Source: Erysipelotrichaceae bacterium
GTDB lineage: Bacteria; Bacillota_I; Bacilli_A; Erysipelotrichales; Erysipelotrichaceae
Length of the DNA: 32,000 bases
Assembly: GCA_963676105.1 (NCBI GenBank)
Contig: OY781039.1
Location: 360,001 to 392,000, forward strand
Direction: 5' to 3'
The notes below the pieces were generated by a model, which worked only from the letters and a program-made list of their open reading frames with translations, did no database searches and had not been told where the DNA came from. The number at the start of each line of letters is the position of its first letter. The first letter of the stretch is position 1. Positions 19,939-29,647 of this stretch are shown one piece after another. Position numbers and translations under genes: made by a program.

Positions 19939-22563
19939 ATGAGTCATAAATATGTTTATCAGTTCTCTGAAGGAAGTGGAGCACAGAAAAATCTTCTTGG
20001 AGGTAAAGGGGCAAACCTCGCCGAAATGACTAATTTAGGTATGCCTGTACCACAAGGATTTACTGTTACTACTGAAGCTTGTACCCGTTACTATGAAGAC
20101 GGCAAGAAAATCCATTCAGAGATTGAAAAAGAAATCTTCGAACATTTAGGGAAGTTAGAAACCATTACTGGGAAAAAATTTGGAGATAAAAATAATCCAT
20201 TACTAGTATCTGTAAGATCTGGTGCACGCGCAAGTATGCCTGGTATGATGGATACTGTTTTAAACCTAGGGATGAATGATGACGTGGTAGAAGTCGTCGC
20301 AGCGCAAACAAATAATCCACGTTTTGCCTACGATTCATACCGCCGTTTCATTCAAATGTTTTCAGATGTCGTTAAAGAATTATCAAAAAAGAAATTTGAA
20401 GAAATCATTGATGAAATGAAAGAAGAACGTGGTATCAAACTCGATACTGAATTTAGCGCTGATGACCTAAAAGAAATGGTTGTTAAGTTTAAAGCGTTCT
20501 ATAAAGAACACACAGGTGTGGATTTCCCACAAGATCCTGTTGTGCAAATGATTGATGGGATTGAAGCTGTCTTTAGATCATGGGATAACCCACGTGCTAT
20601 ATACTATCGTAAAATGAATGAAATTCCTCATTCATGGGGAACAGCTGTTAATGTTCAAATGATGGTCTTTGGTAATACAGGTGATGATTCTGGTACAGGT
20701 GTTGCTTTTACTCGTAATCCATCAACCGGTGAAAAGAAATTGATGGGTGAATTCTTAATGAATGCTCAAGGAGAAGATGTTGTGGCAGGGATTAGAACAC
20801 CTGAAACCATTGATCAACTCGCAAAAATTATGCCAAGTGCTTATGAAGAATTCGTTCAAATTTGCGATAAATTAGAAGATCACTATCGTAATATGCAAGA
20901 TATGGAATTTACAATTGAAAAAGGTAAACTCTATATGCTTCAAACTCGCAATGGTAAACGTACTGCAGCAGCAGCTTTAAAAATTGCGGTCGATTTAGTT
21001 GCAGAAGGTATGATTGATAAAGAACAAGCTGTTCTTTTGGTTGAACCTAAACAATTAGATACACTACTTCACCCTCAATTTGATACTGAAGCTCTAAAAG
21101 TTGCGCCAGTTGTAGGAAAAGCTCTACCAGCATCTCCTGGGGCTGCATCAGGTAAAGTTGTCTTTAGTGCAGATGATGCGGTTGAATGGAAAAAACGAGG
21201 TGAAAAAGTTATCTTAGTTAGACTTGAAACATCTCCTGAAGATATTGAAGGGATGTATGTCGCTGAAGGTATTTTAACAGCTCGTGGTGGTATGACATCT
21301 CATGCGGCTGTTGTGGCTCGTGGTATGGGACGTTGTTGCGTATCAGGATGTGGTGATATCAAATTTGGAAAAGATAAGACCTTTACTTTAGGTGGAAAAA
21401 CATTTAAAGAAGGTGACTTTATTTCATTAGATGGTTCAACTGGAACTATTTATGGTGACAATATTAAAACCATGCCTGCAAGCATTACTGGTGACTTTGA
21501 AACCTTAATGGGCTGGGCTGATGAAATTAGAACTTTAAAAGTACGTACGAATGCTGATACTCCAAAAGATGCCGCTCAAGCAGTTGCCTTTGGGGCTGAA
21601 GGTATTGGTTTAACTCGTACCGAACATATGTTCTTTGAAGGTGATCGTATTCAAGCTGTACGTGAGATGATTGTTTCTAAAACAGAAGAACAACGTCGTG
21701 CTGCATTAGCGAAACTTTTACCAATGCAAAGATCTGATTTTGAAGGTATATATATGGCGATGGAAGATCGTCCAGTAACCATTCGTTACTTAGATCCACC
21801 TCTACATGAATTCTTACCAAGTGATCAAGAAGATATCGTTGAATTAGCAAAAGAAATGAAAATGGAAGTGGCTGATTTAAATGCGATTATTTCTTCACTT
21901 CATGAGTTTAACCCAATGATGGGCCATCGTGGTTGCCGTTTAGCTGTTTCCTACCCTGAAATTGCTGAAATGCAAACACAAGCTGTTATTGAAGCTGCCT
22001 TAAATGTGACTAAAAAACATCCTGAATTCCATATCAAACCAGAAATCATGATTCCTTTAGTTGGCGATGTAAAAGAACTCAAGTTTGTTAAGGACATCGT
22101 AGTGAAAACAGCTGATGAAATTATTGCGAAGAGTGATGTAAAGATTGAATACATGGTTGGTACCATGATTGAAATCCCTCGTGCTGCATTATTAGCAGAT
22201 GAAATCGCAACAGAAGCTGAATTCTTCTCTTTTGGAACTAATGACTTAACTCAAATGACATTCGGTTTCTCACGTGATGATGCTGGAGCTTTCTTAAATC
22301 ATTACTATGATTCTAAAATTTATGAATCTGATCCATTTGCTCGTTTAGACCAAAATGGTGTCGGAAAACTTGTAGACATGGCATGTAAATTAGGTAAGAA
22401 AACTCGTCCAAATATCAAACTCGGTATTTGTGGTGAACATGGTGGTGATCCTTCATCAATTGACTTCTGTCATCGTGTTGGACTTAATTATGTATCTTGT
22501 TCTCCATTTAGAGTTCCTATTGCACGCTTAGCTGCTGCTCACGCTGCAATTAATAATAAGTAA
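19939..22563 (+). CDS. ppdK: Pyruvate, phosphate dikinase
   Basis: 'GGKGANLAEM', catalytic-His loop 'GGMTSHAAVVARGMG' and a C-terminal PEP-utilising TIM barrel 'FFSFGTNDLTQ'. SD AGGAGG precedes ATG 19939. The 5' part of the track ORF is an extension. Confidence 0.95.
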   Translation: MSHKYVYQFSEGSGAQKNLLGGKGANLAEMTNLGMPVPQGFTVTTEACTRYYEDGKKIHSEIEKEIFEHLGKLETITGKKFGDKNNPLLVSVRSGARASMPGMMDTVLNLGMNDDVVEVVAAQTNNPRFAYDSYRRFIQMFSDVVKELSKKKFEEIIDEMKEERGIKLDTEFSADDLKEMVVKFKAFYKEHTGVDFPQDPVVQMIDGIEAVFRSWDNPRAIYYRKMNEIPHSWGTAVNVQMMVFGNTGDDSGTGVAFTRNPSTGEKKLMGEFLMNAQGEDVVAGIRTPETIDQLAKIMPSAYEEFVQICDKLEDHYRNMQDMEFTIEKGKLYMLQTRNGKRTAAAALKIAVDLVAEGMIDKEQAVLLVEPKQLDTLLHPQFDTEALKVAPVVGKALPASPGAASGKVVFSADDAVEWKKRGEKVILVRLETSPEDIEGMYVAEGILTARGGMTSHAAVVARGMGRCCVSGCGDIKFGKDKTFTLGGKTFKEGDFISLDGSTGTIYGDNIKTMPASITGDFETLMGWADEIRTLKVRTNADTPKDAAQAVAFGAEGIGLTRTEHMFFEGDRIQAVREMIVSKTEEQRRAALAKLLPMQRSDFEGIYMAMEDRPVTIRYLDPPLHEFLPSDQEDIVELAKEMKMEVADLNAIISSLHEFNPMMGHRGCRLAVSYPEIAEMQTQAVIEAALNVTKKHPEFHIKPEIMIPLVGDVKELKFVKDIVVKTADEIIAKSDVKIEYMVGTMIEIPRAALLADEIATEAEFFSFGTNDLTQMTFGFSRDDAGAFLNHYYDSKIYESDPFARLDQNGVGKLVDMACKLGKKTRPNIKLGICGEHGGDPSSIDFCHRVGLNYVSCSPFRVPIARLAAAHAAINNK

Positions 22564-22566
22564 TGT

Positions 22567-22599
22567 AAAAAGTAGTGGATATTTCTCCACTACTTTTTT
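22567..22599. terminator. Bidirectional intrinsic terminator
   Basis: AGTAGTGGA (22571-79), loop TATTTC, TCCACTACT (22586-94), with an A5 run upstream and a T5 run (22595-99) downstream. The stop codon of the minus-strand gene (22590-92) lies inside the 3' arm. Confidence 0.8.
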
Positions 22600-23504
22600 A
22601 ATAGATTAATCTGTATACCATTAGGGTCTTGGAAAATAATTTTCCCATTAACTTCTTTAGTTGGAATATTGTTTTCTTTTAAGCGTTTCAGTAAATCACT
22701 GTAATCTCTTGAACTGAGTTTTAATTGAAATGCGGTGAAAGCTTTAATGAAATTATTTGATTTTAATAAAGGACCTTTCCATTCATTAAAGGCAATCATG
22801 TGATATTTATTTCCATTGAGTCCTACATCAGCCATATGGAAGGGCTCATAGACAATACCTTGTGCAAAACCCACAATGTCTGTATAGAATTTATAAGATT
22901 CTTCTACACTACTTGCATAAATATGAACATGACCAATACTTGCATCATTACTAATGATTGTATCAATTTCTGTGTTGTCTTTAATATGAGAATAAACTTC
23001 ATTCATATCTAATGGATCACGTCCATTGCCAATGCTTCCATCTTCATATTTCACATAGATTGTTTGTCCATCTTGAATGTATTCGCTACGGTTAGGTGTA
23101 CGAATATAAAGTTCAATGGTATTGCCATCAGGATCAGTTAAATACGTTGTTTTAGAATAACCATGATCGGTTGGACTATGAGGATAATGAATATTATCTA
23201 AATGCTTTAGTGCTTTTGCGAATTCAAGTTCACTTGGATAATGAATAGCTAAGTGATAGAGCGAACTATGATTTGATACTTCTTTAATTGGATTTACTTG
23301 TCCAATTTTAATAAGTATTTTAGTTTCAGTTCCTAGATAAACTTTATCATTTTCTTTTTTATGAACTTTAAGTCTTAAAACAGATGTATAAAATTCAATC
23401 ATTTGATCTAAATGATTTGTTTGTCCATAAACACGAGATAGTTCAGTATCAACACTTAAGAGTGATTTTGAATTGATTAAATTGAGTGTCTTTTTCATAA
23501 ACAC
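22590..23504 (-). CDS. Two-domain VOC-superfamily protein (glyoxalase / ring-cleaving dioxygenase-like)
   Basis: Two repeats of the beta-alpha-beta-beta-beta module: 'LDQMIEFYTSVLRL...LYHLAIHYP' and 'IGHVHIYASSVEESYKFYTDIVGF'. The size is similar to MhqA/CatE-type proteins. The start is GTG 23504 or ATG 23498. Confidence 0.7.
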   Translation of the reverse strand: MFMKKTLNLINSKSLLSVDTELSRVYGQTNHLDQMIEFYTSVLRLKVHKKENDKVYLGTETKILIKIGQVNPIKEVSNHSSLYHLAIHYPSELEFAKALKHLDNIHYPHSPTDHGYSKTTYLTDPDGNTIELYIRTPNRSEYIQDGQTIYVKYEDGSIGNGRDPLDMNEVYSHIKDNTEIDTIISNDASIGHVHIYASSVEESYKFYTDIVGFAQGIVYEPFHMADVGLNGNKYHMIAFNEWKGPLLKSNNFIKAFTAFQLKLSSRDYSDLLKRLKENNIPTKEVNGKIIFQDPNGIQINLLKK

Positions 23505-23603
23505 ATCTTACTTTTAGTAAGCATTTTAATCTACTCATATGCTCAAGCGCTTTTGTTGATAAGATTGCAAGTTTCTTTTAAACTATTTTTGAGGTAATTG
23601 GAA

Positions 23604-24557
23604 ATGAAATTTAAAATTGGAACGTATACAAAGAAAACAAGCGAAGGGATTTATCTTGCTGAACTTGTTGATAATCAAATTAAATTAGACTTATGGAATA
23701 AAGTGGATAATCCGACTTATTTGGATGAGTTTGAAGGAAATGTATTTTCAGTTGTTAAAGATGGAGACCAAGGTGGTGTTGCTTACTTTAAAGATGGTGA
23801 ACTTGTTAATCAAGTCACTGAAGCAGGAGCGCCACCCTGTTATGTATCCTATGATAAAAAGAATGAACTTGTATATTCTGCAAACTATCACGGCGGTCGT
23901 ATTAACACCTATAAAGTTGAGAATGGACAACTCGTTGATGTTGAAAAATTTCAATATGCTGAAGGTTCAAAAGCACACTATGTAGTTTACTCAAAAGAAC
24001 TTGATGAAGTTGTGGTTTGTAACTTAGGTAATGATGAAGTTTATTTCTATAGTGTAAAAGATCAAAAATTAACTTTAGAACATACTTATAAAGCTGCACA
24101 AGGTAGTGGACCACGCCATGCAGTTGTACATCCTGAAACAAAACTCGTATATGTCTTTACTGAATTATCTTCAGAAGTTATTGTACTTAAGAGAACAAAA
24201 ACTGGAACTGAAGTTTTACAAGTTGTTTCTTGCTTAGATGACGATGATGCACAACGATGGGGTGCAGCTATTCGTTTATCACCTGATGGAAAATTCTTAT
24301 ATGTATCAAATCGTGGACATGATTCACTTACAGTGTTCTCTGTAAATGAAACATTAACTTGGGTTGAAAATGTACCAAGTTATGGAGTTCAACCCCGTGA
24401 CTTCAATATTTCACCATGTGGTAAGTATGTTGTGGTTGGCAACTTAGATTCAAATAATTTAGTGTTATTTGAAAGAGATGAAAGAACAGGTAAATTATCT
24501 ATTCTACAAAAAGATATTGAAGCTTTTGAACCAGTTTGTATTTTATTCGAAGAATGA
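23604..24557 (+). CDS. pgl: 7-bladed beta-propeller lactonase (probable 6-phosphogluconolactonase)
   Basis: Repeating blade motifs are present: 'GSGPRHAVVHPETKLVYVFTELSSEVIVL', 'SPDGKFLYVSNRGHDSLTVF' and 'PRDFNISPCGKYVVVGNLDSNNLVLFERDERTGKL'. SD GAGGT precedes ATG 23604. The gene symbol is tentative. Confidence 0.7.
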   Translation: MKFKIGTYTKKTSEGIYLAELVDNQIKLDLWNKVDNPTYLDEFEGNVFSVVKDGDQGGVAYFKDGELVNQVTEAGAPPCYVSYDKKNELVYSANYHGGRINTYKVENGQLVDVEKFQYAEGSKAHYVVYSKELDEVVVCNLGNDEVYFYSVKDQKLTLEHTYKAAQGSGPRHAVVHPETKLVYVFTELSSEVIVLKRTKTGTEVLQVVSCLDDDDAQRWGAAIRLSPDGKFLYVSNRGHDSLTVFSVNETLTWVENVPSYGVQPRDFNISPCGKYVVVGNLDSNNLVLFERDERTGKLSILQKDIEAFEPVCILFEE

Positions 24558-24576
24558 CCACGTCATTCTTTTTTTG
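24551..24576 (+). terminator. Intrinsic terminator
   Basis: AGAATGAC (24551-58), loop CAC, GTCATTCT (24562-69), T7 run. The TGA stop (24555-57) lies inside the 5' arm. Confidence 0.8.
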
Positions 24577-24601
24577 TACAATATAGAGGATTGGAGTCTA
24601 T

Positions 24602-25099
24602 ATGAAAAAATTATTTATGATTCACTTGGGTGGCAAAGCAGAAGGTGCGCTTATTGAAGTGCATGATGTTCAATTTATTATTGCGCGAAATTTAGAGGAA
24701 TGTATAGAAGTTTTAAGAGAGCATTGGTATGGTTTAGATTTAAAATTACATTTAGATAGTTATAAAGTTTTAAAGCAGATTAATGGATATAAAATTGAAA
24801 TATCAGAAAATGAAATAAGTGACAAGGCTTACTTCTTACATTTAGGTGCTTATTCGAAGGATTTAATGGAAGAAATTCATCGTTTTGAATTTCTGGTAGG
24901 TACAAATTTAGAAGATGTGAAACGTGATGCTTCAAAATTGTTTGGAAATCTTGTTCAAGAACATGTAGATTCGATTATTGAAATCAATAAAAGTCCTTTG
25001 TTGAATAGTTTGTATAGTGGATATGTATGTGCGATTAAAGCAGATGTAAAAGCTGATTTAAAACCAGATTGGCAAGGATATTTACGTATAGACCTGTAA
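24602..25099 (+). CDS. Tandem DUF1543-like protein of unknown function
   Basis: 165 aa with two related halves: 'MIHLGGKAEGALIEVHDVQFIIARNLEECIEVLREHWYG..LHLDSY' and 'FLHLGAYSKDLMEEIHRFEFLVGTNLEDVKRDASKLFG..EHVDSI'. The family call is from memory of the DUF1543 signature (LGG..ELHD..F..). GGAG SD lies at 24591-94. Confidence 0.55.
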   Translation: MKKLFMIHLGGKAEGALIEVHDVQFIIARNLEECIEVLREHWYGLDLKLHLDSYKVLKQINGYKIEISENEISDKAYFLHLGAYSKDLMEEIHRFEFLVGTNLEDVKRDASKLFGNLVQEHVDSIIEINKSPLLNSLYSGYVCAIKADVKADLKPDWQGYLRIDL

Positions 25100-25124
25100 A
25101 GGATGGCATAAACCATTCTTTTTT
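25100..25124 (+). terminator. Intrinsic terminator
   Basis: AGGATGG (25100-06), loop CATAAA, CCATTCT (25113-19) with one G-U pair, then T5 (25120-24). Confidence 0.65.
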
Positions 25125-25165
25125 AGTGTTAAAATAAAATAAGAGAATGAGTGAGGATTACACTT

Positions 25166-26269
25166 ATGAAAATAGGTTGTGTTAAAGAAATAAAAACACA
25201 AGAGTATCGGGTTGGCTTAATACCAGAACATGTCCATACGTTTGTAGAACATGGTCATCAAGTATTTATTGAAAAGGGTGCTGGACTTGGCTCTGGATTC
25301 AGTGATGAAAGTTACGAGATAATGGGAGCACAAATCATTGAATCAGCAAAAAATGTTTGGAATAATGCAGAGCTTTTAATAAAAGTAAAAGAACCACTAG
25401 AGAGTGAGTATCAGTACTTTAGAGAAGATTTAATTCTTTTTACCTACTTACACTTAGCTGCTAACGAGAGTTTAACGAGAGCTTTATTAGAATCAAAAAT
25501 GACGGCTCTAGCTTATGAGACACTAGACGTAGATCAAACATTACCATTATTAATGCCTATGAGTGAGATTGCAGGTCGCTTGAGTATACAAGAAGCAGCA
25601 AAATATCTCGAGAAACCAATGGGTGGGAAAGGTGTATTACTCGCAGGTGTACCTGGTGTTAAAAAAGGTAATATCCTTATTTTAGGCGCGGGTAATGCGG
25701 GTATGAATGCTGCAAAAGTAGCTGTTGGAATGGGTGCAAATGTTACCATTATGGATAAGAATATTTCAAAATTAGAATATATTGAACACATTTTTGGGGA
25801 TCGTATTCAAACTTTATACAGTACTAAGGCAATGATTGAATCTCTTTTACCCAACATGGATGTCGTTATTGGTGCCGTTTTGGTTGCAGGCGCAAAAACA
25901 CCTCATTTAATTTCTAGAAAACAACTAGGATTAATGGAAAATGGTAGTGTTTTAGTTGATATAGCAATTGATCAAGGTGGATGCTTTGAAATGAGTCATC
26001 CAACAACCCACAACGATCCAATCTTTGTGGTTGATGGTATCGTACATTACTGTGTTGCGAATATGCCAGGAGCTGTAGCGATGACTTCAACGATCTCTTT
26101 AACCAATGCAGCTTTCCATTATGAACTCCTTATAGCTGACAATGGACTAGCTAAAGCTGTTTTAAAAGATCAACACTTAATGAGTGCTATAAATACGCAC
26201 CAAGGCAAATGTATTCATCCTGCAGTTGCACAAACGTTTGGATTGGGCGTAGAATTATACAATGTTTAG
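25166..26269 (+). CDS. ald: Alanine dehydrogenase
   Basis: 'MKIGCVKEIKTQEYRVGLIPEHV', NAD site 'ILGAGNAGMNAAKVAVGMGANVTIMD' and 'HYCVANMPGAV'. SD GAGG lies at 25153-56. Confidence 0.93.
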   Translation: MKIGCVKEIKTQEYRVGLIPEHVHTFVEHGHQVFIEKGAGLGSGFSDESYEIMGAQIIESAKNVWNNAELLIKVKEPLESEYQYFREDLILFTYLHLAANESLTRALLESKMTALAYETLDVDQTLPLLMPMSEIAGRLSIQEAAKYLEKPMGGKGVLLAGVPGVKKGNILILGAGNAGMNAAKVAVGMGANVTIMDKNISKLEYIEHIFGDRIQTLYSTKAMIESLLPNMDVVIGAVLVAGAKTPHLISRKQLGLMENGSVLVDIAIDQGGCFEMSHPTTHNDPIFVVDGIVHYCVANMPGAVAMTSTISLTNAAFHYELLIADNGLAKAVLKDQHLMSAINTHQGKCIHPAVAQTFGLGVELYNV

Positions 26270-27701
26270 TTATCATTATTCTGACTTAAGAGCATATTCA
26301 ACTTGTCCTAAAATGTTCTGGCAAAGACTACGATCTGAAAGACCAGCACATTTTTCGTTTACACAAATGCAAATGTCACTTAAAGATGCATTAATTCAAA
26401 AATTATCCTTAGAAAGTTATGCTATGGGTGAAAGGGGAATGGATGCATCACAGTCCCTTGAACTTGTTAAAAACAATGAGTGGGTATTGAACGCTCGTTT
26501 TGAATTTGAAGGTTTACGTGTAAAAGTACCTGCACTTCATGTTACTGAATCAAGTGTTGAAGTTTATTTCACATCTCTATCTTCACATCCAAAAATTGAA
26601 GATCGTACGTATTATGCAACGGTTATTTATGTCTTAGAAAATAATGACTTAGAAATCACTCAAGTGAATGTCATGTATTTTAATAAAAACTATGTTCGGG
26701 AAGAAAGTTTAGATATTCATGCATGTTTTAGTTTATCTTCGCGTTTTTTAAAACAGAGCGGCTATGATCAAGGGGATATTCTTGAACTTTGTCGTAAGAA
26801 AAACATCAATATTAAATCAAGCATTGAACAGATGAGAGCTATTCAAGAATTGGATGAATTTGACACTGATTTAGAAGATTGTCCTTTAGGTCAACGTTGT
26901 TCTTTTTTTAAAACTTGTTTTCCAGAGTTTAAAGAAGAACCTTTAAAAATTTCTAAGAAATTATTAGATCGATTTGAGAATCCTGAAAAATATACAGCCC
27001 CGTTAAGTCGTTCTGATTATGCGCAACTACAATGTTATTTAACACAAAATCGGTTTGTAGATATTTTAGCTTTAGGTAATTGGTTAAAAGCATATAATCA
27101 AGAGATTGTGAGTTTTGTGGATTTTGAATGGGATACTTTCGGAATTCCACCCTATGAAGGTATGAGAGCTTTTGATGTTCTACCTTTTCAATATTCTTTA
27201 CACATCATTGAAAATGGAGAGTTAAAACATAAGGAATTTTTAGGTGAAGGGGATACAAGACGAGCTTTTATTGAATCACTTTTAAATGATATACCTGAGA
27301 AAGGTCCAATTCTTGCCTATAATGCATTTGGAGCTGAAGTTATTCGACTTAAAGAGTTGGCTACACAATTTCCTGAATATAAAGAACGCATAAATTCTAT
27401 AATTCATCGATTTGTAGATTTGGCGACACTTTTCATTTCAGGTGTTATCTATGATGAAAAAATGGAAGGTCAATTTTCATTAAAACAAATTATTAAGGTT
27501 ATTGACCCATCTTTGACCTATGAAAACTTAGCTATCTCACATGGTATGGAAGCTGTTGCCCACTATCGCACGATGCAAGATGAAGAAAGTGATGACATTA
27601 TGCGTGAAGCTTTATTATCTTATTGTCGTATGGATACTTATGCAATGGTTAAAGTTTTTGAGTGGGTACAGGAAATCTATAAGGAGAAACTAAATGCCTA
27701 A
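26262..27701 (+). CDS. DUF2779-type protein: N-terminal Cas4-like PD-(D/E)XK/Fe-S region plus C-terminal DEDD (RNase H-fold) exonuclease-like domain
   Basis: The N-terminal 'YSTCPKMFW' together with 'DCPLGQRCSFFKTCF' gives 4 Cys arranged as in Cas4/AddB clusters. The C-terminal 'VSFVDFEWDTFGIPPYEG..PFQYSLHI', 'ILAYNAFGAEVIRL' and 'CRMDTYAMVKVF' resemble ExoI-III motifs. The start overlaps the ald 3' end by 8 nt. Confidence 0.65.
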   Translation: MFSYHYSDLRAYSTCPKMFWQRLRSERPAHFSFTQMQMSLKDALIQKLSLESYAMGERGMDASQSLELVKNNEWVLNARFEFEGLRVKVPALHVTESSVEVYFTSLSSHPKIEDRTYYATVIYVLENNDLEITQVNVMYFNKNYVREESLDIHACFSLSSRFLKQSGYDQGDILELCRKKNINIKSSIEQMRAIQELDEFDTDLEDCPLGQRCSFFKTCFPEFKEEPLKISKKLLDRFENPEKYTAPLSRSDYAQLQCYLTQNRFVDILALGNWLKAYNQEIVSFVDFEWDTFGIPPYEGMRAFDVLPFQYSLHIIENGELKHKEFLGEGDTRRAFIESLLNDIPEKGPILAYNAFGAEVIRLKELATQFPEYKERINSIIHRFVDLATLFISGVIYDEKMEGQFSLKQIIKVIDPSLTYENLAISHGMEAVAHYRTMQDEESDDIMREALLSYCRMDTYAMVKVFEWVQEIYKEKLNA

Positions 27702-28677
27702 TTACATTACTCATGCATTATGTGCAAACGATATTCTTCAAAATATACAAAAATGTGAATTAAAATCTGTGATTCAAAAACATAATCAAGTTTATGCGAT
27801 GGGGAGTAGTGGTCCTGATTTTTTGTTTTATTATCGAACATTTCCATGGCAGGATCAGTCTAATAATAAGAAAGTTCACACTATCGGGAATATTGTACAT
27901 ACAGAAAAGATTAATGATTTTTATAGAGAAGCCATTCAAGCTTGCTTAGATGAAGAAAATTATGAATCTAAAGAAATACAACTTGCTTATCTTGCAGGGC
28001 ATTTGATGCATTACGCCTTAGATACCAATGCACATCCCTTTGTGTTTTTTCACTCTGGTGAAATGAAGGGTGAAACTAAGTATTGGCATTATCGTTTAGA
28101 ATCAATGATTGATACGGTTATGGTTAAACAAATTAAAAAACTTGATTTAGCCCATATAGATGCGGTTGGTCTGGTTAGTTCTACTAAGAAGGTTAGAGAT
28201 GTACTATCTAAATATTATGCGAATACTGTAAAAAATGTATATGGTGTTGACGAAGATGAAAGTACATATCTTGAATGTTTTGAAACCATGCCAAAAGTTG
28301 TTAAGTGGTTGTTTGATCCGCATAATTTGAAATTCGCATGGATTCAAGCGGGTGAGAAAGCGGCTAAACAAGATTGGAACTTTAGTTCTCATATGGTTCA
28401 AGGTAAGTTAGATAAAAAACATGATGTATTAAATTTAAAACATCAAACTTGGAATCATCCAAGTGATGAAACTGAATTATCTACTGAAAGTTTCTTGGAC
28501 TTATATGATAAAGCAATACTTAAAGGTCAAGCCATTTTAGAAAGTTTAAATGAAGTTATTTATCATAATGGCTCATTGGATCAATGTTTAAGTATCATTG
28601 GAAATTTAAGTTATGATACTGGTAAAGAACATGCAGAAGAAATGCAATACTATGGAAGTATTTATGAAAGTAATTGA
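27694..28677 (+). CDS. Zinc-dependent phospholipase C-like (His-rich alpha-helical) protein
   Basis: An N-terminal 'YITHALCAND' is followed by 'GSSGPDFLFY' and 'LAGHLMHYALDTNAHPFVF', a His/Asp pattern like Zn-PLC-fold hypotheticals. This is a weak family call. The start overlaps the upstream gene by 8 nt. Confidence 0.45.
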   Translation: MPNYITHALCANDILQNIQKCELKSVIQKHNQVYAMGSSGPDFLFYYRTFPWQDQSNNKKVHTIGNIVHTEKINDFYREAIQACLDEENYESKEIQLAYLAGHLMHYALDTNAHPFVFFHSGEMKGETKYWHYRLESMIDTVMVKQIKKLDLAHIDAVGLVSSTKKVRDVLSKYYANTVKNVYGVDEDESTYLECFETMPKVVKWLFDPHNLKFAWIQAGEKAAKQDWNFSSHMVQGKLDKKHDVLNLKHQTWNHPSDETELSTESFLDLYDKAILKGQAILESLNEVIYHNGSLDQCLSIIGNLSYDTGKEHAEEMQYYGSIYESN

Positions 28678-29602
28678 TCTACACGCTGATATTGGTTATC
28701 ACATTATAAATGAAAAACATAAAGGCAATGCAACTGTATTTAGAGACTATCATTTACCAAAATTAATTGCTGGGGAAAACTTTGCGGTTGGGCTAGTATC
28801 TTTCTTTGAGGGAAAAGAAAATTTAGATGATGCCTATGAAATGATGGAATTTCTTCACCAACAAATTAAAGCAAATGCTGATTTGATTGTGCCTTATACA
28901 GGTGGAAAATTAAATCAAGATAAAGTTAATGGCTTAATGACTATCGAAGGAATGTGTTTTATTGAAGATGAAGTTATCACTCACTTGGATCATTTTTATG
29001 ACTTAGGTGTTAGAATCGCTTCTTTAACTTGGAATGAAGAAAACAATCTTGCGACTGGTGCGCGTAGTAATCCTAGTCGTGGTCTAACTGAATTGGGTAA
29101 AGTTGCGGTTGAACATATGAACAAAATAGGAATGACGGTTGATGTTTCTCATTTAAATGAAAAAAGTTTTTGGGATGTTTTAGAATTTTCACAAAAACCT
29201 GTGATTGCGACACATTCTAATGCAAGACACTTTGCGAATGTTGATCGTAACTTAAGTGATCAACAGATTAAAGCACTGATTGATCAAGATGGACTTATTG
29301 GATTAAATGCGGTTCGATATTTTGTTTCTGATGACGAAAGTAAACAAGATGTTTATCACTTAGCCAAACATGCAAGATATATTGCTGATATGGGCGGTAT
29401 AAACCATTTAGCGTGTGGCTTTGATTATATGGATTATTTGGATGAACCATTTGGGATTAACTCAATGGCAAAACATATTCAAAGTGCAAGAGACAATCAA
29501 AATCTAATTATCGCTTTAGAAAAAGAGGGCTTTAGTCAAACTGAAATAAAAAAAATAACGCATATGAATGCGTTAAGTTTCTTTCAGAAAAATTTTCAGT
29601 AA
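28664..29602 (+). CDS. Membrane-dipeptidase family (peptidase M19) protein
   Basis: 'IDLHADIG', 'SLTWNEENNLATGA', 'VDVSHLNEKSFWDVL', 'PVIATHSNARHFANVDRNLSDQQIKAL' and 'CGFDYMDY' are present. I chose ATG 28664 ('MKVIDLHAD'), which overlaps the upstream gene by 14 nt. Confidence 0.85.
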   Translation: MKVIDLHADIGYHIINEKHKGNATVFRDYHLPKLIAGENFAVGLVSFFEGKENLDDAYEMMEFLHQQIKANADLIVPYTGGKLNQDKVNGLMTIEGMCFIEDEVITHLDHFYDLGVRIASLTWNEENNLATGARSNPSRGLTELGKVAVEHMNKIGMTVDVSHLNEKSFWDVLEFSQKPVIATHSNARHFANVDRNLSDQQIKALIDQDGLIGLNAVRYFVSDDESKQDVYHLAKHARYIADMGGINHLACGFDYMDYLDEPFGINSMAKHIQSARDNQNLIIALEKEGFSQTEIKKITHMNALSFFQKNFQ

Positions 29603-29647
29603 CAAATGCAACAAGTGCGCATGTTACCCATATTTTAACATAAAATT

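Noticed and set aside
22586-22594. Stop codons buried in terminator stems (VOC gene stop 22590-92; lactonase stop 24555-57), considered as a possible regulatory feature
   Set aside because: This is common genome compaction in small AT-rich genomes. Nothing suggests attenuation or recoding.
26262-28677. Reading the DUF2779 nuclease-like plus PLC-like pair as an anti-phage defence system
   Set aside because: There is no associated NTPase, sensor, methyltransferase or toxin module, no mobile-element or island context, and no compositional break. The genes are embedded in a metabolic operon. The idea rests only on predicted nuclease folds, so I report the pair as an unexplained association.
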